Assembly (NCBI GenBank): GCA_040285855.1
Contig: JAUFOQ010000004.1
Location: forward strand, 2,356,001-2,420,000
DNA: 64,000 bases
From: Eukaryota sp. GEM-RC1
Taxonomy: Eukaryota
Reading direction: 5' to 3'
A model generated the notes under the pieces. It had not been told where the DNA came from. It saw only the letters and a program-made list of their open reading frames with translations, and did no database searches. How positions within the stretch are numbered: the stretch's first letter is position 1; the number at the start of each line of letters is the position of its first letter. Below are positions 1 to 12,275 of this stretch, in pieces. The position numbers and the translations under genes were made by a program.

Positions 1-455
1 GACACTGTTGAATGCATTGGAACATTTGATAATAACGAGAATAGCAGGACGTAGAAAAATGAACACAGAGCGAATAGAATAAAGAAAGAAATTGTAGAGA
101 GTCGACTGATTAAAAGAACTGCAATCACCATTTGTAAACTGAATAAAAGTAGAAAGACGTGATTATAATCTCTTGTCGAAACCCAAAACCAAGTAACGAA
201 AACATTAATAATGGAGGTGATTGACAGAAACAAAAGAACACAGTCCCACACTTTGAATAAGTTTGCTGCTGTAACAAAATGAAAACCTACAAGGAAAACA
301 AGTGCTAGAACTGAAAACAGAACAGCCAAACGGATGAACATGGATGGTGGCAGATTCGTGAAGGTGAACATTGTAACGTGGAATGCTAGTAAGAAACACA
401 GAGACAATCCCCAAAAGAAGAACCTGACAGCATTACGCGAGGATGATTCAACCAT
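1..455 (-). CDS. 5' part of a multi-pass membrane protein, running off the left edge
   Basis: Not in the ORF track because there is no stop in the window. Manual translation from the ATG at 455 gives 151 uninterrupted codons (MVESSSRNAVRFFFWGLSLCFLLAFHVTMF...LAVLFSVLALVFLVGFHF...) with about five hydrophobic segments. Confidence 0.7.
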   Translation of the reverse strand, partial: MVESSSRNAVRFFFWGLSLCFLLAFHVTMFTFTNLPPSMFIRLAVLFSVLALVFLVGFHFVTAANLFKVWDCVLLFLSITSIINVFVTWFWVSTRDYNHVFLLLFSLQMVIAVLLISRLSTISFFILFALCSFFYVLLFSLLSNVPMHSTV

Positions 456-849
456 AAATGATATTGAACAATAAACTGAAAAATGTCCTTCAAAATGGAC
501 TTGAGTATTATGTCTTAACATTTTCTTCAAACAGTTTTGCTTCAGCCGTAGATAACCAATACAAAGTGGACATCCAGTGTTGATAAAGTAGTCACACAAG
601 AAGCCGTATTTCATGTTCTGATATTATCGGATAGCATGTCCGTTGATATAGTAATAACAAATATATATAGACGTGTCTAATTACATTTTAAATAAGCTTT
701 TGAAGCCGTTTGAAATCTTCTATTCACAAATCTGTTTTCCAATTGTCTGATGAGGATTATAAACTTGAAGATCTGCTTATATTTAACACTATTTCCGACT
801 CAACAATAGAGGATATCTATATTGAAGTCGCCGTGATGTCCGTTCAGAC

Positions 850-2500
850 ACCTGTTAAATCATTCTGTTCTTCTCAGTGCTGTCAGAGACGTTAAATTTG
901 AAATTGTTGACGCTCATGGATTTCATACCCAACTTGAACCCGTATTCACTAAGTGCAGTCTTGATTTAATCAACAATTCTCGTTGAGGTGATGTACATGG
1001 TCCCTTATTGACTAAAGTCGAATTATCCTTTTTTATCCATCAACTTTATGGAACAAAAACAGAAAAACAAACACAAAAACTAGAACTCAATATTATTAAA
1101 GCAACAATCATTGCCATTAAAACCCACATCCGCTTTTTTCTTCATAAAAAACACTGAGAGCTGATGGAGCTTTTGAAATCATAATAGGAATTGTTTTAAA
1201 TATTGTAAAAACAATACGATTCAACCAAAAGCATCATTACTTGAAATCTTTGTGAAAATTGTAAAAGAAACAACATCTAGGATTTTTGACCTTAGATCTT
1301 GGAAATAACGAAACGTGTTTGCTATCTTTAAAGGTATGGTGACTACCGTATCTAGCGCTTTGTTATGTCTTGGCAGACATTATGAGGATAAGGTAGGTGA
1401 AAATTTCCAGTTAGGCAATCTGGACTTTAAGGATATTGATTATTAGATGCATGTACACTGTAGTGTTGTTGTCGATAAAACTAAAATATGAAAAAAAAAA
1501 GTAGGGCGATGATGTCATTTTGTGCGTAGGTTTCCATCAATTTCTGTTAGTAGTTTAGATGTATATTCAACCCAAACTGTGTCGAATTAACCTTGATGTT
1601 ACAACATTAGATCCATGAGCTCAATCATATGTTAACAGCTTAACTTCAAAAGGTTTTATCCACTTCGAAACAGCGGCAAAACGTCAAATAGATTTGTTTT
1701 CCAATGTCGTTACTTTACTCAATCAAAATGAATATTCAAAATTTATACTTGTTCCATTGGCTATATATGTTCTTGGTAGTATCGATGAAATGGCTTCTCA
1801 GTTTTAATTGATAATGTGTCTATCTGTGAGTCTTAGAATAAGAGATTCAGCTTATCTTTTTTTAAATAATGTATTATTTCTCTATTCCGATCGACACTCA
1901 AATATATTTAGCCAATTGTCACATTTAAAATTCAAAATTTGTTCCAGTTCTATTCACAGTCAAAGTCCTTTTCAGATGCTCAGGGACAAAGACTAGGTAC
2001 CCAACAATGTAACATTCCTACAAGAACAGGAATTTCTAAAAACTAGGACTCAGACTAAATCCAAGCCACTTCATCCCCCCGGTACAAGATTACGTTTTTC
2101 AACAGTAATCTTCACACCAAAGCATGTAAAGTTTCTCAACTAATCGAGCTATGTTCAGCTCTTGAACCTGATGAAATGAATGAATTAGCTCCTTATGGTG
2201 AATTAATTACCAAATTGAATTCTCGTTTACACAATCCGTTCATATTCTGTCCTTTTGATGTTTCCCTTTACTGGAGTTTATTTGTCTTCTTCGGTCACAG
2301 ATTTCTCCCATCATTTGACAAATTTGTGTAAGCAGTATGGAAAGAATTTTACTGTCAATCAATGGAGATGAAATTTGTAATTTCCCCTCTTTAAAGAATT
2401 GTTTAGGTATTTGGATTCAATTTTTAACCGTCTCTTTGAATTGAGTCATGAATGTGAGATGATTTAGAGGTAGTGGTATTTCCGTTGTTGATATAAGAAA
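850..2500. mobile_element. Cluster of decayed CRE-like non-LTR retrotransposon fragments (several families, both strands)
   Basis: ~850-1015 (+) reads AVRDV..AHGFHTQLEPVF..NSR*GDVHGP. ~1046-1230 (-) is a diverged family A 3' end. ~1300-1490 (+) reads VFAIFKG..ALLCLGRHYEDK..LDFKDIDY*. ~1580-1960 (+) resembles the 49.5 kb element. ~2000-2145 (-) resembles the family B 3' end. Boundaries are approximate. Confidence 0.7.
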
Positions 2501-2508
2501 CTAACTGG

Positions 2509-3058
2509 CTTTATTCGGTACGCAATAAGGTAACATTCCTACAAAACTATGAAATTGTAAAAACAAACAAATAATACTAAGAATAAATCCAAACGACTTC
2601 ATCACCACCCGGAAAAGAATATATTTTTCAACATTAACCTTCACACCAAACTTGTACAATTTCTCAATTAATCGAGAGAAAGAGAAATGCATATTCCGAT
2701 ATATGGAAAACACTATATGGTTTTTCCATTCAGCCATTCTAAACTTAAGCTTCTTTTCTTTACACAGTTCTTCGAAATCCTTGAAAAATTGATCACCAGC
2801 AGGACTAATAGATCCAAAAAGAGAAACAGCAAAAGGTTGAAACACAAATTTGGAATATGAGTTTCTATTTAATTCTTCTACTTGACAGTCATACTTAGAG
2901 TGTTTGAGCTTTTCAGCAGCTGTTAACGGATTAAAGAAGAATCTAATATCCTACTAACACAAGTTTTGTTACAAACATCTACTGTAGTAAAATCCATTAA
3001 TGATTGACTCGATTTAAGCCACGGAGTATGGAGATCCCCTGTTTTTAAATCAGTAAAA
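2509..3058 (-). mobile_element. Family B CRE-like retrotransposon, 5'-truncated diverged copy (endonuclease region + 3' UTR)
   Basis: Reverse complement aligns by eye to ~25900-26448 (GDLHTPWLKSSQ..DFTTVDVC..FQPFAVSLFGSISPAGDQFF..MAEWKN), ending at ccgaataaa. Confidence 0.85.
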
Positions 3059-3099
3059 TTTGGAATATGATTTTCAGATTCTTTGTAATTTTATATCTA

Positions 3100-3824
3100 G
3101 ACTCTGGGAAAATGCACCACATTATGTACCACATATTCTATTTATTTTGTAAAATGCACCACATGCAAAATGCCCCACATAAATATAACCACACCACACA
3201 TTACCAGTGAACATTAGGTACCCTGATCAACACGAATGTTGAACATTACACAATTGTGGATTACTTAAGATCCTTGGATGACAGATGTTCTTAAACCAAA
3301 CATAATGTATCTAACATCAAGAAACAGAGAACACAGAAGACTAGACTTACATCGTACCATAGTATGGTTAAGCATGTAAAGGACCAAAAACACCTCATTT
3401 GTAACAACGAACTCAAGGGATTTGTCACCTCTTACAAGGTGGTTAAAGATTGAGAACAACTGTGTAATAAGACATGACAATCTCTGCCAAGCAACCAAGA
3501 CGAAGATTGCTTAAGGCAACAATTATGTTCTCTCCCTAGCGAGGTTCCTATCATGTGCTCCCTGTTGCACGTAGACCTCGGAGAAGACTTCCTGGATCTC
3601 CCAATAAGAATCCATTTAAGTCTACTCTTAGAGATCCGTCCTCCTTTGAACTACCTGTTAGACGTACAAGAGGTCGACCCAACAAGGCCAAAGATAATAT
3701 TTTGTCTTTTGATCTATAAATGGTGTTTACTGTTGCTTCTGTAAAATGAAAAATATATTATGTGGTGCATTTTACAAAATAAATAGAATATGTGGTACAT
3801 AAAGTGGTGCATTTACCCAGAGTC
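3100..3824. mobile_element. Non-autonomous TIR DNA transposon (~65 bp TIRs)
   Basis: 3100-3164 GACTCTGGGAAAATGCACCACATTATGTACCACATATTCTATTTATTTTGTAAAATGCACCACAT is the reverse complement of 3760-3824 with 2 mismatches. Flanks tatatcta/gacatcta may be a degenerate 8-bp TSD. An internal + frame ends ..VRRTRGRPNKAK.., a possible transposase tail remnant. Confidence 0.8.
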
Positions 3825-3956
3825 GACATCTAATAACACTATCAAAAAACCAGATAACTGCAACTAGAATGTATCGCCCAAATAAAATAAGATTTTTGAA
3901 ATCTTCTTGACCTTAACCAATACTACAAAATAACAATAATAAACAAATACAAATAC

Positions 3957-6255
3957 TTAGGCATACCTCACTTCTCGTACATTCTTCTTACTTCTAGGAA
4001 TTGCTCGAGAACTTTCCGTAGGTGGTCGTGACCTTGAAGAGCTTGGCAAATTAGACATCGGCCTAGCTGACTTATTTCTAAGACTATCCTTACGACTAAT
4101 TGTAACAGCATTGATATTATCTACTCCAAAGAAAGAATTCATTAGAGCAGGATGTTCAATAGAGAGGGAGTTATCCGAGTCAGTCCTTGCAAACCTTTTA
4201 GTTATTCTTTCTGGAAGTTGAAGTGGCACCTTGTCATCAACCTTAGTAGATGGATCTAAGTGGAGATCGTCAAATGAAAGTGGACGGGAAGCGCGTTGTG
4301 GATTACCAGCAAACTTAGAGTGAGGTAGAATCCACGTGTCATTCTCGTCATCATAGACAGCGTTCCGTTGGATAAAATCACACACTATTTCTGGTATGAA
4401 TGAGTCTATGATAGCCGATTTAAGCAAGAGTTCCTGATTCAAATCACGTATTTGATCAACTAAGTCCATCCGTTCATTTTGAAATTCGGTTTCTAAATCA
4501 GCAATCTCACTTTCAAATGTTTTCACCTTGGCCCGAAGTTTTTGAATAAATCTGGTTTTCATTTCAATTTCCTCAGTAACTGAAGCATACTTCTGCTCAA
4601 ACAACTTATGTTCTTCTTCTTTCGACCTCAGCTCCCTAGCCAATTCATCTTCTTGCCTTCTTCTCTCTTCATTTTCTGCTTCCAACCGTCTCATTTCAAT
4701 CTCCTGTTGCTTTGCCTTATCTTCTAACGCTCCTCCAATCAGCAACTTCTCTTCCATGGCCTTGATCTGATCAGCCATCTGTTCCCTTTCGAGCTGTTGC
4801 TGACGTAGACTTTCCTCTTTCGCTCTAAGTTGAGCTTCATACTCTTCAACCGCAGCTTGTCTCTCAGAAAGAAACGTTTCCAACTTCTGTTTTTCTTCCA
4901 GTAAAGCCACCTTTTCTGTTTCATTCTGAGACTTCAACTCCACCTCAAGTTCCTTTAATCTATTCTGAAACTCAACAGCTTGATCTTCCGCTTCTTTCTG
5001 CCGATTAGCTGTCAGTTCAATATCTTCTCCATCTTCTTTACTTACAATTCCTTCTCCAAAGTCACGTGATGCAGAGACAGGTTGTAGTTGTTGCTCTTCT
5101 AGTTGCCTGCGTAGACGTTCCAGCTCAGCCTGTAAATCTCTAATTTTAGAGTCTTTAGGATCTTCATTAATCTTGGGTTTGTTCTTAATACTCTTAGCAG
5201 AATTAGCATATCTCAAAGTAGCAAGTGATTCGTCATAATTCCAATCAGCTGGGCCAACAGTCGCAATCATAATTGTCTTAGCGTTACCACCAAGCGAATC
5301 TTGCAGTAGTCGCGTAAGTTTTGAATCACGATAGGGCACGTGTTTCGCACTACCTTCCACAAGAGCTTTGATGACGTAACCAAGGGTCAACAACGACTTA
5401 TTGATTTTAGCAGCTTCCAAAAGTCGTTGTCCAGTAGCTTTAGTTTTAGATTGCCTTTCAGAACCTGCAAGATCCACCAAATTCAATTTAGCAACTTTAA
5501 TTTTCTGCGTACCATCTTCACACTCCTGAGACGATTCAATTCTAATCGTGAAAATGGAATGTGATCGTGAACTTGCCTTATTCATATTAGTAGCTGCCGT
5601 AGTTCTATTATTAGTACCTTTCTGTAATAAGCTCATTAAATCATCTGCTGACGTGACAGTTTGTTCCTGTAATCCTTCCACATAGGGACCTGTTTCAGGA
5701 TTCTCTCTAATGTCCAATCTAGGTAAAAGCCTCTTATCATCATTGATCAAGTCATGAACATCTTCATTGTAAATCTCGAGCATAGATGCACGAACGAGGA
5801 AGCGTTTGTTGGTACAAGCACCTATAGTACTAAAGATGTGATCAAAAGCATTAGGGATGATACCACGGAGTTCAGGTGGATCCATTACTCCTTCCATGGT
5901 AAAGGTTTTACCAGTTCCAGTCTAAAGTAAGGAGAGGAGAAGAGGACGGACCTGTCCATAAGCAAAGATAGTACCATTGTAACCTCCAAGGACAGAGTCA
6001 ACGAGAGGAAGAGCAGTTTCGTCATAAACTCGACGTTGTTCAGTTTCAGAACCATAGACGTTGTCAAAAGTAAAGGTTTTAGTTTTATCAGGATTGTCAA
6101 TGTGACTGAGACAGATTTCACGAAGTTCTGTGTCTACATTTGCACAACTAAAGTAAAGATGGAGCAGAAGGAACAAACATTTTACGTTTGTCACGCTTTT
6201 CTTCACTGTTAAGTGGTCTACATCTAACAACGACACGGACACACTCGTCACTCAT
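3957..6255 (-). CDS. Kinesin-2 family motor (KIF3/FLA10-like); 3 exons: 6255-6179, 6147-5952, 5921-3957
   Basis: After removing two introns: [43 protein letters not shown] (P-loop), [35 protein letters not shown], a coiled-coil stalk, and the kinesin-2-type tail [21 protein letters not shown]. Confidence 0.95.
5922..5951 (-). other. 30-nt spliceosomal intron in the kinesin gene
   Basis: GTCCGTCCTCTTCTCCTCTCCTTACTTTAG; removal restores the conserved FAYGQ|TGTGKT P-loop. Confidence 0.93.
6148..6178 (-). other. 31-nt spliceosomal intron in the kinesin gene
   Basis: GTTTGTTCCTTCTGCTCCATCTTTACTTTAG; removal joins the VVVRCRPLN exon in frame to the FTFDNVY exon. It has the same TTACTTTAG 3' end as the other intron. 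Confidence 0.9.
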
Positions 6256-6324
6256 TTAGTAAGAAAGTAGTAGAAGTTTGAAAGAAAGGTTGAGAAGTGG
6301 ACAGAGAAGCAATTTCTTCTTTAA

Positions 6325-7591
6325 ATGAGCATTCCCTTAACAATCTCTTATAAGGGCAAAAAAACAGTGGTTAAACTCACACCTGCTGAACCAATTGGCA
6401 ACGCTATTAAGTATGCTTTCGATAAGTGGAATTTGCCGGTTTCTGAAGACATCCAACTTAAACATCTTCGGCGATATCTTGATCCAAGTGTTCAAACTCG
6501 TTTCTCTGGAGTTCCTTCACATACTAGATTAGAAGTAGTTGAGTCTCTTCCACCAGTTGCATCAACTTCTCAACCATCTGTCAGTGTAGCAATCGCACCT
6601 ATTGGTGAAGATCCTCGTGTATTTGGTTCATTTATTGCATCAACCAGACTTTTTGACATTCTAGAACAATTACAAGTCCCTCTAATTATGGACAAGGGAC
6701 CTATCACAATCCAGCATGGAACTAAATCTGTCTCCATAGATGGTCTACGTCGATCCACCCTCTCTTCTCTCGGAATCGAAGCAGGATCTGTTCTACTTCA
6801 TGTATTCTGGGGAGATCGACCGACTGAAGAAGTAGAGGAAGTCAAGGAAAAGAAGTCGCCGATTCCTACATCAAATCAAATAGAACAACCAACTGAAAAA
6901 CCACCAGAGTTTGCTCCTATACCATCTTCTACACATATTCCTCCTCCCTCAACTACCTCCCCTCCTCAACGGCCTGCCCCCCAACCAAAGTTTGTTGGAG
7001 AGGAGGTTGAGAATGATCCTATCAAGTATACGAGAATATTCTCTCCTGAAAGTAAGGTGGCGGGAACACCGTCACCACCAGATAGTTACTTTAGAGTAAC
7101 CCCATCAGATATTCAATCAATCGCGTCATCCAGGCAAAAGGGAAGTAGAAAAGATGACGACAGTTGTAAGTAAGCGAGTTACAAGAAAGATTTATTATAG
7201 ATCAACAGTGATCAAGGTGGTTTTGCCGGCAAAATGGTCTTGTGAAACTATCTTTCCAAGTTTTGTTCCTGTTTCAGATGTTTTTCAGTGGCTACAATCT
7301 ATATTTACTACAGAAGTTTCAAGTCATTCCTTTGAACTTCTTTATGGAGTTCCACCTAAACCTATTACTAGCTCAAACCGTTCTCTTCATGATGAAGGTT
7401 TGTCTCCGTCCTCCTTACTTCGACTAAGGTTTCTTGATGGGTTTAATGTAAGTGATTGTCCTTTTAAGGATGATTTAGCTGATAGAATTATACGTGGAGA
7501 AATAGTACCAAAGTCTCATTTGATTGAGACAGATGTACATGATAAACCAGTACAATCAATGAAAAAGTTGCCTAAATGGTTTAAGAAATAA
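6325..7591 (+). CDS. ASPSCR1: TUG/ASPSCR1-like UBX-domain p97/CDC48 adaptor (one frameshift near 7135-7150, probably a sequence error)
   Basis: N-terminal TUG-UBL1-like segment (VKLTP..LKHLRRYLDPSVQTRFSGVPSHTRLEV), a second ubiquitin-like segment (TLSSLGI), PDSYFRVTPSDI, and a C-terminal UBX (TVIKVVLP..FELL..PPK..SLHDEGLSPSSLL) ending KLPKWFK. Confidence 0.75.
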
Positions 7592-7611
7592 AAAATGTAC
7601 ATTTGATGAAT

Positions 7612-10329
7612 TTATTTACCCCAAATTTTTAATTTTGTGAATCCACTCCACCAAGGCTGCTTCTCTTTTGAATTAATCATATCTTTGATTTCTCCAGATA
7701 GATCAATTGTTTTTCTACGTTTTCGTTGTTCATTAATTAAACCAGATTTAAATACCGCCAAAACTGTCGATGTTTGCAGTTCAGTCCGCTGTTGAACAAA
7801 ACCAAGAAAATCATTTACATCGGCCAACCATAACAACTTTGAGAAAACTTCTAGTTCTGAAAAGCGATTGACCCGATTGGTCTTAATCGACTTTGTGAGC
7901 TCTTTCTTAATCAACTGTAGATCTAATGACAGTCGAGCCAATCCAGAGTTTCCAAATCTTCGAACTTTGCAAAAGCCGTCCAACATTGCTGCACACAAGT
8001 TTTCTGCAAAACCAATGAAAACTTCACTTCGTTCTGCTTCAGATAACTCTGGACTAACTTGTTGGACAAACAATTTCCAAACATTTAACGAATTCTGTAC
8101 AAAGTGTGATGACGTGTCCATTGGAAGTTGGTCTTCCCATTTAGTTCTAATGACTGCAATCGAAATAGCAGAGAAATCAGTCTGATTGAAGGAACTTGCA
8201 CGTAGTAAATGACTGGTCAGATTGGCGATTGGTTTAGTAAACCTGAAGAAATTAGGAATATTGATAAATTTTAAATGTTGAAAGTGATGGAAGATTTTAA
8301 ATAATTCAGAGATCGACATAACTGCACACGCTCGATTTTTCATTGAAATCTGATCACTGTAAACTTCCACAGCATAAGAACACTTGAAACTAGTCAACAG
8401 CTCAATAAATGACGTCAGCGAATACGACTTTTGATTGTCAACACTACTTCTATTCCCATTATTATGATTGACATCAAACGAAGCTCTTAAATGACTCAAA
8501 ACTGCCAAGCAAGACGGATCTACAGTAGACTCGAAGTTACAACCAGCTGGAGGAGAAGCAGGAAGTCCAAAGAAAATGTAGATGTGGTAGCAATAGAAGA
8601 GAAATAGATGCTCAGATAAAAGATGAAAATACAATTGAAAATCTGGAAATATTTTGGAAAAAGTAAAGATTTCACAAATGATATCAGTGACGAGTATAGA
8701 AACTAAAGGTGAAGCTGAAGGTTGGAAAGGTTCTAAAACACTAACACTCGTATCAACTTTTGTTTGTTGGTCATCATTTAATTCTTCGTTACTAGTTCTA
8801 ATTATATCACCACCATGACCAACAAATGAAAATATTTCAGAATAATTTAAATCTTTCAGAGACTGTGTTATAAGAGTAACTTTGGGAGAAGAAAGCGGTA
8901 ACTGTGAGACAGTGTTTGAAGTGAATTGATCAAGAGAAAGAAGATCATAGAAGCGATTGAATAATCCAGATGAATATTCAAATATTTTGGAAAGAATTAA
9001 ATTTTCAGTTATTGAGTTTAGTGTGGGTAATATATTGGTAATGGAACTGAATACATCCGAAATTTGGGATATTTGGGAAATTTGAAGTTTTAACTTGGAC
9101 AAAATATCAATAATTTTCAAAACATCAGGCCATGAATTGGTGGAGCAGTCTAAATTTTGAAAAATACTTTGTAAGATTTGGCACAGATTACCAACAAAAA
9201 TTGAAAAATTCGACGAAGCCAGATTTTCATAGTTTTTCATTTGTGAGTAAAACGTGTCAAGCTTTTCGTTTGAAATCTGATTTAAATCAAACCAAGGTAG
9301 TTTACAGTCGAGGCCTAGATTCGATTCAAACAAATTTAAATTTTCATTAAATCCCGACTTTGTACAAATAATAAAGCCAAAAGCATAAGTTCCAAACCAC
9401 AAATACCACTGTAAGCCACCAATCAGATCATTAATCACCGACATCACTTTCTTATTTGAAACTTGGGCCAAGATTGACTGCCAATCGGGAGATGAGCTCA
9501 AACTACCAGAAACAACTGGTCGTAACAGAATTTTGAAGAATGAAAACAAATTATCTGAAATTTTTGAAAAGTAAGGTTCAACATATAAGGAAGCATTTCC
9601 CAATAAAAAGTTAAAAACAAGAACAGTATGAATGTTTTCAGTGAAAAGACAAAGTTTTGACTGAAGTTGAGGCTTTTTTAAGGAAGTTTCTAAAATTTTG
9701 ATTAATGATGAGGTACCAAAATCTGAAAATTTTGAACAAAATTCAATATACACTTTGAGTAGCTCTGCGTAACAATTCAAATTCACAACAGATTGTTTAA
9801 TTAAAACAAGATATTTACTAAAAGAATGCCATTTCAAAAAAACATCTGTCCAATTAAAAGGCTTGAAAATATTGATAGATAATTTAGAAAATGTTGTGGG
9901 AGTCACATCAAATACACCAAGAAATTCCACCAGAGACTTGTAAACTTCAAGAATTGCTTTCATTTCCCCTAGCAGCTTCTTATCCTCCTCCATTGCACTG
10001 TACTTCTTACAAATCTCTAACACAGGCCCTGTCACAGACGTTTGGGTTTTAGTTATATGACTTCGACAGTGGTTTAGAAACTGGCGGCAAGACATGAGGT
10101 CACGTTCGAGCAATGACATGTGAGAGAGACCTGAGATGAAGGAGGAAGAAGATTCATTGATTTCTGTAAAGAGAAGATTGCGGAGGTGGCGTTCCTCATC
10201 AGCAAGGTGAACACAATATTCGTCTAATTCAGAGAGATTTAGTGAAGGTGAGTGTTGTTGAAGAATCAAAGAGACTTGGTCACTGATATCAAAGGAAGAA
10301 TTACCAAAGACTTCAAGGTCTGGATTCAT
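7612..10329 (-). CDS. VPS50: Syndetin / VPS50 (EARP complex subunit)-like
   Basis: 905 aa. Vps54_N-like coiled coil (LFTEINESSSSFISGLSHMSLLERDL..CRSHI) and a syndetin-like C-terminus (KWE..SHFV..MLDGFCKVRRFGNSGLARLSLDLQ). Confidence 0.75.
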   Translation of the reverse strand: MNPDLEVFGNSSFDISDQVSLILQQHSPSLNLSELDEYCVHLADEERHLRNLLFTEINESSSSFISGLSHMSLLERDLMSCRQFLNHCRSHITKTQTSVTGPVLEICKKYSAMEEDKKLLGEMKAILEVYKSLVEFLGVFDVTPTTFSKLSINIFKPFNWTDVFLKWHSFSKYLVLIKQSVVNLNCYAELLKVYIEFCSKFSDFGTSSLIKILETSLKKPQLQSKLCLFTENIHTVLVFNFLLGNASLYVEPYFSKISDNLFSFFKILLRPVVSGSLSSSPDWQSILAQVSNKKVMSVINDLIGGLQWYLWFGTYAFGFIICTKSGFNENLNLFESNLGLDCKLPWFDLNQISNEKLDTFYSQMKNYENLASSNFSIFVGNLCQILQSIFQNLDCSTNSWPDVLKIIDILSKLKLQISQISQISDVFSSITNILPTLNSITENLILSKIFEYSSGLFNRFYDLLSLDQFTSNTVSQLPLSSPKVTLITQSLKDLNYSEIFSFVGHGGDIIRTSNEELNDDQQTKVDTSVSVLEPFQPSASPLVSILVTDIICEIFTFSKIFPDFQLYFHLLSEHLFLFYCYHIYIFFGLPASPPAGCNFESTVDPSCLAVLSHLRASFDVNHNNGNRSSVDNQKSYSLTSFIELLTSFKCSYAVEVYSDQISMKNRACAVMSISELFKIFHHFQHLKFINIPNFFRFTKPIANLTSHLLRASSFNQTDFSAISIAVIRTKWEDQLPMDTSSHFVQNSLNVWKLFVQQVSPELSEAERSEVFIGFAENLCAAMLDGFCKVRRFGNSGLARLSLDLQLIKKELTKSIKTNRVNRFSELEVFSKLLWLADVNDFLGFVQQRTELQTSTVLAVFKSGLINEQRKRRKTIDLSGEIKDMINSKEKQPWWSGFTKLKIWGK

Positions 10330-10428
10330 TTAAGTGTGAAGGATTAGCAGAAGTTGCAACTGAAGATGTTTTTGGACAAGAATTTCCTCAACTTATAAAC
10401 CCATCCCTAACTTCTTTCTTAACGCTCA

Positions 10429-11947
10429 ATGCCACAACTAGAAGGTGTTAAAACTCTTGCAAACGGCTCTGTTCTTGAAGGCACATTTGTTGATGGCAAA
10501 CTTGAAGGCCATGGCGTTCTTAAATCTGATTCTTTTACATATACTGGTGGCTTTACCAAAGGAGTAATGAATGGCCATGGCCAAATGGTCTTCAAAACAG
10601 GAAAGAAACTTGAAGGCCACTTCAACGGTCCTTTCGTCGAAGGAACTGGATCTATTGTATGGCCAAACGGCGATCATTACTTTGGACAACTGAAAGACAA
10701 CGTTCCTCATGGAGATGGTATCAAAACCTTAGCCAATGGAGGAAAAATCGAAGGAAAGTTCGTCCTTGGAAAACTTGAAGGTCACTCATCCTACACATCT
10801 CCCTCTTTCACTTATATCGGTAGTTTCCTAGCTAATCTATTCGATGGGGAGGGTCAGATTGACTACTCAGATGGAAGAAAGTATACTGGGCTATTCAGAT
10901 ATGGAAAGAAACATGGATTTGGAAGGTACGAGGCCCCATCTGGTACCTATGAAGGCTTCTTTGTAAATGATCTGTACCACGGAAAAGGAAAGTTTACTTC
11001 GGATTCTGGGGTGGTTTACGAAGGTGTTTTTGTAGAAGGGGCGATTGAAGGACACGGAACTGTCACGTGGCCTGAGGGAGTGAGCTTTACTGGATTGGTA
11101 AGGGAAGGTGATTGTATTGAACAAGGAAAGTTAAGTGTTGGTGATGTTACTCTGATTGGACGGTTTGATAGCACGGGAAACTTGATTGGGAATGGAGATC
11201 GTCTTATTGGCAAAGATGTCGTGATCAAAGGCAATCATGAAAATGGTATCATTACTGGCTTTGGAACGTTTTCCTTCCCCAAACATAACTGTATTTATGA
11301 AGGTGACGTGATCAATGACGTCATCACAGGAGAAGGGTCTCTTGCAGTCAAACGAAATAACGAGCAATATTTTGTTCAAGGTGATTTTGTTTCAAATTCT
11401 TTTGTTTGTGGGACAATCGTCTACCCCAGTGGATCTTCTATTACTGGTCAGTTTTCAAGTACTGGATTTAATGGACCAGTTGAAGCAATCCTTGCTGACG
11501 AAAATGACCCTGAGCGAGGTGTTGCTAGAGCTCTTTTTAAATTCGAAGATGGAAAGTGTGACAGTCAATCAACTGTAGATATTTTAAAATCAGGAGTTTT
11601 TGAGGGCCAGATTAGTGATGGATCTAATAATGGATCAGGAATTAGAGTGTTTGAAAATGGTGATCAATATTCTGGCACTTTTTTAAATGGTTTATTTCAT
11701 GGTGATGGATCTTATGTTTGGGCTGATGGAAGTGAATATATTGGGGAATTTGGAAGCCGGAAAAATTACTGGGAGAGGCAAATTTGTGTCCAATGAAAGT
11801 CATACGTATGTCGGTCAGTTTGATTGTAATCAATTTGATGGAGAAGGTGTGTTTTCCAATGGTCAACGAAGTTATATTGGTAAGTTTAAATCTGGGCGTC
11901 TTTCAGATCAAATTACTATTGAAGAATTACAACAAGGAGTTAGTTGA
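10429..11947 (+). CDS. MORN-repeat protein (one frameshift near 11750)
   Basis: Many YxGxFxxGxxxGxG repeats (YTGGFTKGVMNGHG, YFGQLKDNVPHGDG, YEGFFVNDLYHGKG); repeats continue in the overlapping ORF 11687-11947. Confidence 0.9.
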
Positions 11948-12275
11948 TGAGTGTTGTTTGTACCTCCTTTTGTTAATTGAGCTCCACGTATAGTTGATTT
12001 TGATGTTGTATTATACCAGTTTTTTTGTATTTTTGTTGTTCTATTTTCTGCTTGCTATTTACAGATGTTTTCCTGAAGTTAAGGGTTTTAGTGGGTCTTC
12101 TAATAACTTTTCTAATAACTGCATTTTGTTTCTCAATGGTTACCATAAAACTCATCGTTAACTGTGTCATTATTTGGCTTTAAAGTAATTTGTGAATCAC
12201 AAACATTTGTGATGTGGTTCATTTGTGATTAAGTGACCAGTAATCCATCCATGTAATTGTGCTTTACATGCATTT

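Noticed and set aside
4739..11866. Many short ORF-track entries overlapping kinesin, VPS50 and MORN
   Set aside because: Alternate-frame or antisense shadows of well-supported genes.
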